Source: Ignavibacteriales bacterium
GTDB taxonomy: Bacteria; Bacteroidota; Ignavibacteria; UBA10030
Direction: 5' to 3'
Length of the DNA stretch: 64,000 nt
Assembly (NCBI GenBank): GCA_026390595.1
Contig: JAPLFQ010000032.1
Location: 28,215-92,214 of the forward strand
In this document: in pieces, positions 1-9,142 of the stretch
How positions within the stretch are numbered: position 1 is the first letter of the stretch
Layout of the letters: every line of letters starts with the position of its first letter
Position numbers and translations under genes: made by a program
Notes under the pieces: model-generated
The model's database searches: none
Seen by the model: the letters and a program-made list of their open reading frames with translations, nothing else
Told to the model about the DNA's origin: nothing

Positions 1-913
1 CGGCGACGATCTCGCTCGCGCTCGCCGAGTAGTTCCCCAGCAAGACGATAAGCGGCAGATTTTCATAGGACTGACCGGTCTTTGCGAAATACACCTCATC
101 AAACTCCGAGATGCGCGCTTTTGTATAGACGATCTTGTGGGGTGTCTCTTTGGTTCCGCCATCCAGGAAGAGATCTGCCATCTCAAATGCCTGTTCGAGC
201 AATCCGCCGGGATTCGAACGAAGATCCAGAATCAACCGCTTCATGCCCTGGGTTTTCAGCCGCTTGAGCGCCTGCTCCATCTCTGCGGCTGTCTGTTCGC
301 TGAACTTGTTGACGCTGATATAGCCTATATCGTCATTCACCATCATGGCGATGTCAACGCTGGTGATGGCTATTTCGTCGCGTATAATCTCGAAGTCAAG
401 CAGTTCCTTTGTCCCGGGCCGGTGCACTCCCACTTTCACTTTTGTCCCCTTCGGCCCCCTGAGGTGCGCCTTGACCTGATCGTTGTTCCAGCCGACAGAA
501 GAAGAATCACCGATGCGGACGATGCGGTCATTCGTTTGGATGCCGACTTTCGCGGACGGTCCGCCGCCAAATGTATCCACAACGAGAATCGAATCATTTC
601 GAATGGTGAAGGTGACCCCTATTCCATCAAACTTCCCGCGATACTCTTCCGCGACCTGCTCAAAGGCTTTCGGAGCGATATAGACCGAGTGGGGATCGAG
701 TTTGTCCAGAAGTCCTTCCACAGCAGACTCTGTGAGTTTCTTGGCATCCACCTCTTTCACGTAGTATTTCTGCGTCAGGCTGAGGACCTCGCGGAACTTG
801 TCCGCCTGATCGATCACCGAGTCGCCGGAAACCAGCTGCCTGATTTCCATTCCTGCGAAGAGGCTGACTGCCATCAATGCGACAACCGTCCAAAGTGAAA
901 TCTTACTCTTCAT
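1..913 (-). CDS. ctpA: C-terminal processing peptidase, S41 family (partial; 3' end runs off the window)
   Basis: Reverse-complement translation from ATG at 913 gives MKSKISLWTVVALMAVSLFA... (signal peptide), a PDZ-like middle region and the S41 motif LLGNYSASASEIVA. The plus-strand 253-aa ORF 137..898 is its shadow. There is no stop inside the window. Confidence 0.8.
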   Translation of the reverse strand, partial: MKSKISLWTVVALMAVSLFAGMEIRQLVSGDSVIDQADKFREVLSLTQKYYVKEVDAKKLTESAVEGLLDKLDPHSVYIAPKAFEQVAEEYRGKFDGIGVTFTIRNDSILVVDTFGGGPSAKVGIQTNDRIVRIGDSSSVGWNNDQVKAHLRGPKGTKVKVGVHRPGTKELLDFEIIRDEIAITSVDIAMMVNDDIGYISVNKFSEQTAAEMEQALKRLKTQGMKRLILDLRSNPGGLLEQAFEMADLFLDGGTKETPHKIVYTKARISEFDEVYFAKTGQSYENLPLIVLLGNYSASASEIVA

Positions 914-1147
914 GCTCCAATCCTTCGTCAGAAAACCTTGCAGAAACTCATCCAATTCCTATCTATCACAAAATGCTCGAAAATTGGCACAAATGCAAGA
1001 AACAAGCCGCATTGGCCCCGAATACTGATCGGGACACCTCACTCAGGCAAAAAGGAGGGAAATTGATAATGCGGTGTGGGGATGAGGGGTGATCTCGCTT
1101 GTGGAATCGTCGACGGAGCACTCACCGAAAATCGACCGAACGGATCA

Positions 1148-2695
1148 TCACTTCTCCGGTTTCATCTGCGGGAAGAAGATGACGTCCCGGATCGAATCCT
1201 TGTTCGTCAGCAGCATCGTCAGACGGTCGATACCGATGCCGAGACCGGCCGTGGGAGGCATGCCGTACTCGAGTGAACGCAGATAGTCCTCATCGAGAAC
1301 CTGCGCCTCTTCGTCGCCGCGGGCGCGGAGCTTCATTTGTTCTTCGAAGCGGGCCCGCTGATCGATGGGATCGTTGAGTTCGGAAAACGCGTTGCAGATT
1401 TCGTGACCGTTAACAATCCCTTCAAACCGCTCCACCAACCCGGGTTCGGTCCGGTGCTTCTTCGCCAGCGGAGACATCTCGAGCGGATAATCGGTGATGA
1501 ACGTCGGCTGGATCAGGTACGGTTCGGCTTTCTGGCCGAAGATCTCATCGATGATGGCGCCGACACCCGCAGAGGGCTCAACGTCGATGTGAAGTTCCTT
1601 TGCGATCGCCCGCAGTTCCTGTTCGGTCTTGCCGCGCAGGCTCTTGCCCGTGAATTCCTGAATCGCGTCAAACATCGTGATGCGTTTCCACGGAGGCGTG
1701 AAGTTGATTTCATGGCCGGCAAGGCTCGCGATCGGCGTCCCGTTGACGGCCATCGCGACTTCGTACACCATCTGCTCGACCAGCTCCATCATCCAGCGAT
1801 AGTCCTTGTAGGCGACATAGATCTCCAGCATTGTAAACTCGGGGTTGTGCGACCTGTCCATCCCCTCGTTGCGGAAGTCTTTGGATATTTCGTACACGCC
1901 GTCATAGCCGCCGACGATCAGGCGCTTGAGATACAATTCATCTGCGATTCGCAGGTACAGGTCGATGTCGAGCGCGTTGTGATGCGATTTGAACGGCCGC
2001 GCAGAAGCCCCGCCGTAGATGGGCTGAAGCACCGGGGTTTCCACTTCCAGATATCCGCGATCGTCAAAAAACCGCCGGATGGTGCTGATGATTTTTGCCC
2101 GCTTCACGAACACCTGCCGGACATCCGGATTCACAATGAGGTCGACGTAACGCTGCCGGTAGCGGAGTTCCTTGTCTGAGAACGGGTCGTACACCACCTT
2201 GTTCCCCTGCTCGTCGACCTTTTCCTTGACAACCGGAAGCGGACGCAGCGACTTTGCCAGCAGCGTCAATTCCTGCGCATGGATCGACACCTCTCCCATC
2301 TTTGTACGGAAAACGAATCCCTTCACACCGACGAGGTCGCCGATGTCCATCAGCTTGAAAGCGTCGTACACAGAACCGAGCTCTTCCTTTTTCAGATAGA
2401 GCTGTATCTTTCCCTGCGAATCCTGTATGTGGCAGAAGGACGCCTTCCCCATGCGGCGCAGGGAGAGAATCCTCCCGGCAACCACGACGGTGCGCTGCGG
2501 TGCTTCGTCCTTGAAACTGTCGACAAGATCCTTCGAGAAGTCTGTGCGGTCAAATTCGTACGGATAGGGATTGATGCCCGCATTCTTCAGGCTCTCGAGT
2601 TCCTCACGACGGCGCAGCATCAGGATGTTCAAATCCTCATGCTCGGGAACCTGCTGCTCTGACGGTTTGTGTTTCGGATGTTGTGGGTCGTTCAT
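1148..2695 (-). CDS. lysS: Lysyl-tRNA synthetase, class II
   Basis: 515-aa ORF with an N-terminal OB anticodon-binding region and class II core motifs (…[18 protein letters not shown]…, …GGASARPF…, C-terminal [13 protein letters not shown]). Confidence 0.93.
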   Translation of the reverse strand: MNDPQHPKHKPSEQQVPEHEDLNILMLRRREELESLKNAGINPYPYEFDRTDFSKDLVDSFKDEAPQRTVVVAGRILSLRRMGKASFCHIQDSQGKIQLYLKKEELGSVYDAFKLMDIGDLVGVKGFVFRTKMGEVSIHAQELTLLAKSLRPLPVVKEKVDEQGNKVVYDPFSDKELRYRQRYVDLIVNPDVRQVFVKRAKIISTIRRFFDDRGYLEVETPVLQPIYGGASARPFKSHHNALDIDLYLRIADELYLKRLIVGGYDGVYEISKDFRNEGMDRSHNPEFTMLEIYVAYKDYRWMMELVEQMVYEVAMAVNGTPIASLAGHEINFTPPWKRITMFDAIQEFTGKSLRGKTEQELRAIAKELHIDVEPSAGVGAIIDEIFGQKAEPYLIQPTFITDYPLEMSPLAKKHRTEPGLVERFEGIVNGHEICNAFSELNDPIDQRARFEEQMKLRARGDEEAQVLDEDYLRSLEYGMPPTAGLGIGIDRLTMLLTNKDSIRDVIFFPQMKPEK

Positions 2696-2750
2696 ACTCT
2701 GTGACTATCGTTCTCGTGATTGAATCCTGAAAAGAGCATTCGTCCGGCAG

Positions 2751-4292
2751 CTATGGTCGCCGCCGGTTCTGAGGATACTCGGGAAGGTTGAGGCGGTCGG
2801 GCGCAACGCGACCATACAGTGCTGACATCTCGTAGACTCGCAGAGCGTGCTCAGGTCCGACCTGGTCCCATGAGAATCGCCAGTCCCAATTGCCGAGGGC
2901 CTTGCCCGGAAAGTTCATGCGGCCTTCAGTTCCGAGGCCGAGCACATCCTGGAACGGGAAGATCGCCATGTCGGCGACTGAGCTCGAAGCGAGCCGCATC
3001 AGGTCAAACTGCGCTTCATGACCATTTGCGCCGCAGTACTTCTTCACAAAAGTTTTTTCCCTCTCCGTCGCGCTTTCGTACCATCCCCGGGTGGTATCGT
3101 TGTCGTGAGTCCCGGTATAGACAACGCTGTTGTGTTCATACTGATGCGGAAGGAACGGATTGTCCGGACCTCCGGCAAAAGCGAACTGGAGCACCTTCAT
3201 CCCCGGAAACTCGAACTGGTTACGAAGCTCGATGACATCCGGCGTGATCACACCGAGATCCTCCGCAATGATCGGCAGGTTACCGAGTTTTCGCTGCACG
3301 GCCTTGAACAGTTTCTCCTTCGGCCCGGCAACCCAACGACCGCGGACAGCGGTTCTTTCAGTGGCCGGTATTTCCCAATAACCGACGAAACCACGGAAGT
3401 GATCGATGCGCGCGATGTCGACAAGGAGAAACGTGCGCCGGAAGCGTTCGACCCACCACTGGAACCGATCCTCCTCCATCTTCCCCCATCGATAGAGTGG
3501 ATTGCCCCAACGCTGGCCCGTCTCACTGAAGTAATCCGGCGGAACCCCGGCGACCACGGTGGGTTTACCCTTTTTATCAAGGAAGTAGAGCTCGGGATGA
3601 GACCAGACGTCCGCACTGTGATGTGCCACGAAGATCGGAATGTCGCCAATGATTTTGATGCCCCGATCGTTCGCGTATTTCTTTACATCTGCCCACTGCC
3701 GGTAGAACTGCCATTGGGCGAACTTCCAGAATTGAATCTCCCCCGCCAGTTCGTTGCGCGCACCTTCGAGAGATTTTGGTTTTCGCTGAGCCAGGTCTGC
3801 GTCCCATTTTGTCCATTCGACGCCGGCGTAGTGGTCCTCAATCGCCTTGAACAATGCGAAGTCTTCAAGCCATGACGAGTGTTCCTTGCAGAACGATTGG
3901 AAGTCGGCTTCTTCGGACTCGCGGTGTTGGGCAAAAAACCTGTCCGCCGCTTTGTGAAGCGCCAGCATGCGGTACGGGATAGCCTTTGTGTAGTCTACGC
4001 GGTTTGACTCAAAAGCGGGAACCGGAAGGAGATCTTCCTGCTTCAGCCATCCTTTAGCCAGAAGTGCCTCAAATCCAATCAAAAGAGGATTTCCGGCGAA
4101 TGCTGAAAGTGCCATGTACGGAGAATTTCCATAGCCCGTCGGTTCGAGCGGCAGAATCTGCCAGACCTTCTGGCCGGCCACGACGAGCCACTCGATGAAG
4201 TGTCTCGAGACTTCGCCCAGGTCTCCGCAGCCATAGGGACCGGGGAGCGACGTCGGGTGAAGGAGAATTCCACTGCTTCGGGAAAACCTCAT
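2751..4292 (-). CDS. malQ: 4-alpha-glucanotransferase (amylomaltase, GH77)
   Basis: 513 aa; MRFSRSSGILLHPTSLPGPYGCGDLG start is typical of GH77 amylomaltases, as are the D-rich catalytic segments. Confidence 0.9.
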   Translation of the reverse strand: MRFSRSSGILLHPTSLPGPYGCGDLGEVSRHFIEWLVVAGQKVWQILPLEPTGYGNSPYMALSAFAGNPLLIGFEALLAKGWLKQEDLLPVPAFESNRVDYTKAIPYRMLALHKAADRFFAQHRESEEADFQSFCKEHSSWLEDFALFKAIEDHYAGVEWTKWDADLAQRKPKSLEGARNELAGEIQFWKFAQWQFYRQWADVKKYANDRGIKIIGDIPIFVAHHSADVWSHPELYFLDKKGKPTVVAGVPPDYFSETGQRWGNPLYRWGKMEEDRFQWWVERFRRTFLLVDIARIDHFRGFVGYWEIPATERTAVRGRWVAGPKEKLFKAVQRKLGNLPIIAEDLGVITPDVIELRNQFEFPGMKVLQFAFAGGPDNPFLPHQYEHNSVVYTGTHDNDTTRGWYESATEREKTFVKKYCGANGHEAQFDLMRLASSSVADMAIFPFQDVLGLGTEGRMNFPGKALGNWDWRFSWDQVGPEHALRVYEMSALYGRVAPDRLNLPEYPQNRRRP

Positions 4293-4295
4293 AGG

Positions 4296-5057
4296 CTACT
4301 CTTCCAATCCCGCTTGTTCTTTCAGATGTCTGACTTCCTTCCGTGTGAGAGCTCTCCAGCGTCCGCGGGCAAGACCTTGCGTCGTAAGACCTGCGAACGA
4401 TACGCGTTCGAGAGCATCCACTTCATAGCCGAGTGTCTCGACCATCCTGCGCACTTCCCTGTTTCGTCCCTCCGTCAACGCTATGAAAATCTCCTTGCGC
4501 TTCGTTCCCGGGATCACTCCTGCCTCATGCGGCTTCGCAATTCCATCCTCCAAACGCACACCGCGTTTTAGCCGGCTGAAATCTTCGTCGGCGATCCCCC
4601 GCTCGAGCTTCACCCGATACACGCGCTCGATTTTGCCCTTCGGGTGTATAAGGGAGTTGGCCAATTCTCCATCATTCGTGAGGAGAAGTACACCCGTGGT
4701 GTTCCTATCCAATCTCCCAACCGGATAAATCCGATCGCGCATTTTCACATAGTCCATCACTGTCACACGCCCGCGCTCGTCGCTGGTGGTCGTGATACAG
4801 TCTTTGGGCTTATTGAGAAGCAGGTAGTGAATCTTCCGCTGGAGGGCTACGATTTGACCCTGGAGGGTCACACGGTCGGAAAACGGGTCGACTTTGACTC
4901 CAAGCTCGCGAACGATTTTGCCATTAACCTTGACGACTCCGGAGAGAATCAGTTCATCATTCTTTCGGCGTGAGCCTACCCCCGCGAGAGCGAGAAACCT
5001 GTTTAACCGAATAGCTTTTTGATGAACCCTTGAATCTTCTCTTTCCACGACTTCCAC
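4296..5057 (-). CDS. rluB: 23S rRNA pseudouridine synthase, RluB/RsuA family (S4 domain + catalytic domain)
   Basis: S4-like N-terminus (NRFLALAGVGSRRKNDELILSGVVKVNG) and pseudouridine synthase core (VGRLDRNTTGVLLLTNDG). The first ATG overlaps the scpB 3' end by 55 nt; an internal GTG about 30 nt downstream is an alternative start. Confidence 0.85.
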   Translation of the reverse strand: MEVVEREDSRVHQKAIRLNRFLALAGVGSRRKNDELILSGVVKVNGKIVRELGVKVDPFSDRVTLQGQIVALQRKIHYLLLNKPKDCITTTSDERGRVTVMDYVKMRDRIYPVGRLDRNTTGVLLLTNDGELANSLIHPKGKIERVYRVKLERGIADEDFSRLKRGVRLEDGIAKPHEAGVIPGTKRKEIFIALTEGRNREVRRMVETLGYEVDALERVSFAGLTTQGLARGRWRALTRKEVRHLKEQAGLEE

Positions 5058-6508
5058 CGGGTCTTAGGTTGGGAACCATTGTGAGCATCAGGCTCGTCCG
5101 CATGCGCCATTTCAGACTCCGTGTACCAAACAACCTCAGTGTGGTCCGCACTTGTTGGGGGAACGGCTTGCGGTGTGAATTCGGTTATATCCTTGACAGT
5201 TTCGCCCGCGCTGGCTGTATCGTCTTTCTGCGTCGGAATCACATCCTTCACAGCAACATCAGCCGGCAGAACAGTTTCCGTATCAATCTCCTGGACAGTA
5301 TCGGCGGCCGTTGCTTCATCAGCCGATTCCTCCTCAATCACAAGCGGATTCTCTTCTTCCGCGGGCAGTTCTAAGACTTTCGGCGCTAATTCCAGATGGT
5401 CTTCCACGACAGGCGAGGCCTTCTCTTCACTTACGACTTCTTCGGGCCCAACCAATGGTTCGGTCGAATCCGACTGCGTGAGGCCTATGTATCTGGATTG
5501 CTCTGCGCTAAGGAGGACATCGCTGGAATCCACTTCAGGTTCTGATGGCTGACTTTGAATCGTCAACTCATTGTCAACTGTGGGAACGGCGCCCGACTCA
5601 CTCGGTGCCAGCTCATCAGATACAACCACAGGCTGATCTTCAAGCATGGAGGCAGAAACCGTTTCAGGAGAGACGTTTACCGACTGCTCCTCCTTTGCCG
5701 CTTCAGGTGTCACGGCACCTGCCTCGTCAGCCAAGCGCACCTTGATTTCCCGCGTCCGCTTCCTCGGCAGGATCTTGACATCGTCATCCAACCCGGCTTT
5801 TCGCTTCGGGATATGAGGCAAGCGGGATTTGAAGTCCTCTTCCTGCTTCACCTCTTCCATTCCCTGCTGTGCTTCCAGCATACGCCGCTCGGTCTCAAAC
5901 TGACTGTCTCCGAGGATCTCCTGGATTTCGCGAGGCTTCGGGAGGTCATTCAGATCATTCAAACCGAAATGCCTCAGAAACTCTCTTGAGGTGCCGTAGA
6001 GTAACGGCCTTCCAACTGTCGGGGCACGTCCAACGATGGTCGCGAGGTCCTTTTCCAGCAGCGTGCTGAGCACGTAGTCGCAATTGACACCGCGAATTGC
6101 CTCCAGTTCGGGTTTTGTAATCGGCTGCTTGTACGCGATAATGGCGAGCGTTTCCACCGACGACTGGGACAGTTTCCGTCGGGTCTGCTCTTTGTAAAGC
6201 TTGCCAAGCCACTCCGCATAGGCCGGCAGCGTGGCAAACTGGTAGCCGCCAGCAATCTGGATGACCCGAAAAGGCTTATCAGATGACGTATACTCGGCAT
6301 TCAACTCTTCAACGACCTGCGCGATCTCGTCGTATGAAATCTTGCGCGGCTCGGCCCCTTCGGTACCCTGGTCTTCGTACAGCGCTTGTATCTGGCGAAC
6401 GGTCAAAGGTTCGCGTGCTCCGAAAATCAGCGCCTCCACAAGGCTCCTCACTGAGGTCGGCACTTGCAGCATTGCTCCTGGTTGGGTTGTCGTGATTGTC
6501 TCAGCCAT
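5003..6508 (-). CDS. scpB: Segregation and condensation protein B with a long acidic, disordered C-terminal extension
   Basis: The N-terminal ~190 aa (VRSLVEALIFGAREPLTVRQIQAL… LSQSSVETLAIIAYKQPITKPELEAIRGV) match ScpB tandem winged-helix domains. The remaining ~300 aa are an E/D/P/V-rich low-complexity tail. Confidence 0.85.
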   Translation of the reverse strand: MAETITTTQPGAMLQVPTSVRSLVEALIFGAREPLTVRQIQALYEDQGTEGAEPRKISYDEIAQVVEELNAEYTSSDKPFRVIQIAGGYQFATLPAYAEWLGKLYKEQTRRKLSQSSVETLAIIAYKQPITKPELEAIRGVNCDYVLSTLLEKDLATIVGRAPTVGRPLLYGTSREFLRHFGLNDLNDLPKPREIQEILGDSQFETERRMLEAQQGMEEVKQEEDFKSRLPHIPKRKAGLDDDVKILPRKRTREIKVRLADEAGAVTPEAAKEEQSVNVSPETVSASMLEDQPVVVSDELAPSESGAVPTVDNELTIQSQPSEPEVDSSDVLLSAEQSRYIGLTQSDSTEPLVGPEEVVSEEKASPVVEDHLELAPKVLELPAEEENPLVIEEESADEATAADTVQEIDTETVLPADVAVKDVIPTQKDDTASAGETVKDITEFTPQAVPPTSADHTEVVWYTESEMAHADEPDAHNGSQPKTRWKSWKEKIQGFIKKLFG

Positions 6509-6514
6509 CGGGGT

Positions 6515-7279
6515 TTACGCCACATTCCTCATGATAGATACCTCGCCAAACGGCTCCGCCTGGCGCACCACTATTCTGTTCGATCGAATCAGTTCGAGCA
6601 ACGCGATAAACGTGACGACGACACGGATCCGCTCTACCATGTCCTTCACCAACTCGTAGAACGTAGCCTCCGAGCGCCTGGAGAAGTAGTCGTTGATATA
6701 GTCGATTTGTTCCTCGAGCGTCACATTGAGCCGGACAATTTCATGAACGAACTTCTTCGGCATGCGCTCGATTGCGAACTTGAAAGATGAAATCAAATCA
6801 AAGAGCGAAACGTCCCTGAGCGACTCGTCCTCTTCCTGCTGGGTGGTAACCCTCGGGTCGGCCTCGTAGTATCCGCGATAGAACACCTTCCGCTGGGCTG
6901 CTTCCTGAACCACCATGCCGACGGCTACCTCCTTGAAGCGTTTGTACTCGACGAGGCGTTTCACCAGGTTCGCCCGCGGATCCTGTTCCTCTTCCTGCCC
7001 AGGTTCGGGCGGGAGAAGCGTCTTCACTTTTATCTGCATCAACTCAGCCGCCATGACAAGAAACTCTCCTGCAATTTCCAGATCGAGCGCTTCCATGTAA
7101 TGGACGTAGTCCAGAAACTCTTTCGTAATTCTCGAGATCGGGATGTTGTAGATATCGAGCTCGTCCCGTTTGATGAAAAACAGGAGGAGATCCAACGGCC
7201 CTTCGAACTCGTGAAGCTTTATAGTATATGTTTGATCTGGCATCTTGGTTTGGCTGTCACGACAGAAGTCGCGGCTCAC
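6515..7279 (-). CDS. scpA: Segregation and condensation protein A
   Basis: LHEFEGPLDLLLFFIKRDELDIYNIPISRITKEFLDYV is the ScpA kleisin N-terminal motif. It sits directly upstream of scpB and overlaps trpS by 4 nt. Confidence 0.9.
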   Translation of the reverse strand: MSRDFCRDSQTKMPDQTYTIKLHEFEGPLDLLLFFIKRDELDIYNIPISRITKEFLDYVHYMEALDLEIAGEFLVMAAELMQIKVKTLLPPEPGQEEEQDPRANLVKRLVEYKRFKEVAVGMVVQEAAQRKVFYRGYYEADPRVTTQQEEDESLRDVSLFDLISSFKFAIERMPKKFVHEIVRLNVTLEEQIDYINDYFSRRSEATFYELVKDMVERIRVVVTFIALLELIRSNRIVVRQAEPFGEVSIMRNVA

Positions 7280-8280
7280 CCCATCTTCATCGCTTCATGC
7301 ACTTCGCTCATCGTCTGATGCGCGATGGTTCTGGCCTTCTCTTCCCCATCGCTCAGGATCGACTTGACCTCGTCGAGATGATTTTCGTAGTACAAACGTT
7401 TCTCTCGATGAGGTCCGAGCGCGTCCACTATCCTGCCGGCACATCGCAACTTGCAGTCAACGCATCCCAATGCCCCACTCTCACATCCTGACCGGATTTC
7501 CGCTGTTTCTTCCGGATTGAACTTGTTATGGTACGCAAATACGAGACAGACATCCGGATGTCCGGGATCCCCCTTCCGCAACTTCTGGGGATCTGTCACG
7601 GCCCCTTTCAGTTTCTTCTTGATCACGTCGGGCTGATCAGAAAGGAGCACGGTATTGCCGATCGATTTGCTCATGCGACGTCCGTCCAAACCTGGAAGCC
7701 GCGCAAATCTTGTAAGCTTCCCCTCCGGCTCGGGGAACACCGGTTTCGCCGCCGCGTACTGTGCGTTGAACCGGCGGGCGATCTCCCGCGTAATTTCGAT
7801 ATGAGGAAGCTGGTCCTCACCAACGGGAACGACATCGCCTTTGTACAGAAGAATATCAGCTGCCTGCAGCACGGGATATCCCAAATGGCCATACACGATT
7901 GTGTCCATTTCCAGGTCACGAACCTGCTCTTTGAGCGTGGGATTCCGCTCGAGCCTGGAAGTGGTAATCAGCATCGAAAAAATCAGATGCAGCTCTGCAT
8001 GTTCCTTTACCCGTGATTGCCTGAACATCGGGCTCACTGCCGGATCGAGCCCGGCAGATAACCAGTCGACGAGCATATCCACCGAGTTTTCGTAGATCTC
8101 GGATGAATCAGGATTCGTCGTAAGAGCGTGATAATCCGCTATCAGATGATAGTTCTGGTATTCACCCTGAAGCGAAACCCAGTTTTCCAATGCGCCGACA
8201 AGATGGCCAAGATGCAACTTCCCCGTTGGGCGCATACCGCTCAGGATGACTTTCTTTCTTTGGCTCAACGCTCGCTGCAA
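7276..8280 (-). CDS. trpS: Tryptophanyl-tRNA synthetase, with a C-terminal Cys cluster (putative Fe-S type)
   Basis: Class I HIGH (TGKLHLGHLVGA) and KMSKS (RMSKSIGN) motifs. It also carries C-x20-C-x6-C-x2-C (DVCLVF…SGCESGALGCVDCKLRC), as in [4Fe-4S] TrpRS enzymes. Confidence 0.9.
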   Translation of the reverse strand: MQRALSQRKKVILSGMRPTGKLHLGHLVGALENWVSLQGEYQNYHLIADYHALTTNPDSSEIYENSVDMLVDWLSAGLDPAVSPMFRQSRVKEHAELHLIFSMLITTSRLERNPTLKEQVRDLEMDTIVYGHLGYPVLQAADILLYKGDVVPVGEDQLPHIEITREIARRFNAQYAAAKPVFPEPEGKLTRFARLPGLDGRRMSKSIGNTVLLSDQPDVIKKKLKGAVTDPQKLRKGDPGHPDVCLVFAYHNKFNPEETAEIRSGCESGALGCVDCKLRCAGRIVDALGPHREKRLYYENHLDEVKSILSDGEEKARTIAHQTMSEVHEAMKMG

Positions 8281-8332
8281 TCTCCTTTCGCCACTCGTAT
8301 TCTAACGACACATCGCCAGATTCTCTAAGCAC

Positions 8333-8824
8333 TCAATTCATGAAGAGATACGGTTTCCAGCCATCGTCCACACTTCCCACAAAATCACGAATAAACATAA
8401 CGTGATTTGGACGGATCGGCCTCCTTTTCAAAGACATCATCACTTCACCCGGCAGCCGATCCCCCTTCTTGTTGTTGCATCGCACGCATGCAGCGACAAG
8501 ATTCTCCCACGTATCCTCGCCCCCTCTCGCCCTTGGAATTACGTGATCCACAGTCAACGGCACATCACCGCGCCCGCAATACTGACATCGGTGTCCATCG
8601 CGGCGCAGAATATTTTTTCGAGAAAGTACAATCTTCTTGAAGGGGATACGAACGTAGATAGAGAGGCGAACGATGCTCGGGAACGGCATCGTCATCGAAA
8701 CGGCATGAAGGGACCTACCATCAGAAGCTTCGATCAACTCAGCTTTCCCAAGAAACAGAAGGATAACAGCCTTTTTTACGTTGCAGACGCTCAACGGCTC
8801 GTAATTGTGATTCAAAACGAGCAC
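8333..8824 (-). CDS. Stand-alone HNH endonuclease family protein
   Basis: HNH motif CQYCGRGDVPLTVDHVIPRARGGEDTWENLVAACVRCNNKKG (zinc-finger Cys pairs plus catalytic H-N-H). No associated methylase or partner gene is present. Confidence 0.75.
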   Translation of the reverse strand: MLVLNHNYEPLSVCNVKKAVILLFLGKAELIEASDGRSLHAVSMTMPFPSIVRLSIYVRIPFKKIVLSRKNILRRDGHRCQYCGRGDVPLTVDHVIPRARGGEDTWENLVAACVRCNNKKGDRLPGEVMMSLKRRPIRPNHVMFIRDFVGSVDDGWKPYLFMN

Positions 8825-9142
8825 CTTGCGGTTAAGTTTTCCGTTGGAACGTAGAACGAGTTCTACTGCGCTGAAGTCTAAAGCACCTCCTCACGTCTAC
8901 AAATATGGACCTTTGGTGAACAGTTGCTTGAAGAATCAATCATTATTCCTTGCAAAATATAGCATAATCGAAAATGATAGTCAAGGATTGAAATCGCGAG
9001 GAATTGAAGGAAAAGTCTGAATCCGAGGGAGTTTTGAACTTATCGGCCGGGAAGATGAGGTGCTTTCCGAGGAGGAAATGCTCACCCCTTCATGCATGGG
9101 TCGTGGTATCAGTGAAGCAGAGTCTGACGGGCAAAAAGCGGG

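Noticed and set aside
137-898. 253-aa plus-strand ORF
   Set aside because: Low-complexity, His/Cys/Arg-rich translation with no motifs. It lies exactly antisense to a well-supported S41 protease gene (ctpA), so it is a GC-driven shadow ORF.
975-990. TGGCAC…TGCA sigma54-like sequence upstream of ctpA
   Set aside because: The GG-to-GC spacing is 3 nt too short for a -24/-12 promoter, and it is on the wrong strand for the adjacent gene.
1337-2179. 280-aa plus-strand ORF
   Set aside because: Antisense shadow inside lysS. Arg/Asp-rich nonsense translation.
5451-5475. GGTTCGGTCGAATCC, a TΨC-arm-like motif suggesting a tRNA
   Set aside because: It is embedded in the scpB coding tail, has an insertion relative to the GGTTCGAATCC consensus, and has no flanking acceptor or anticodon stems.
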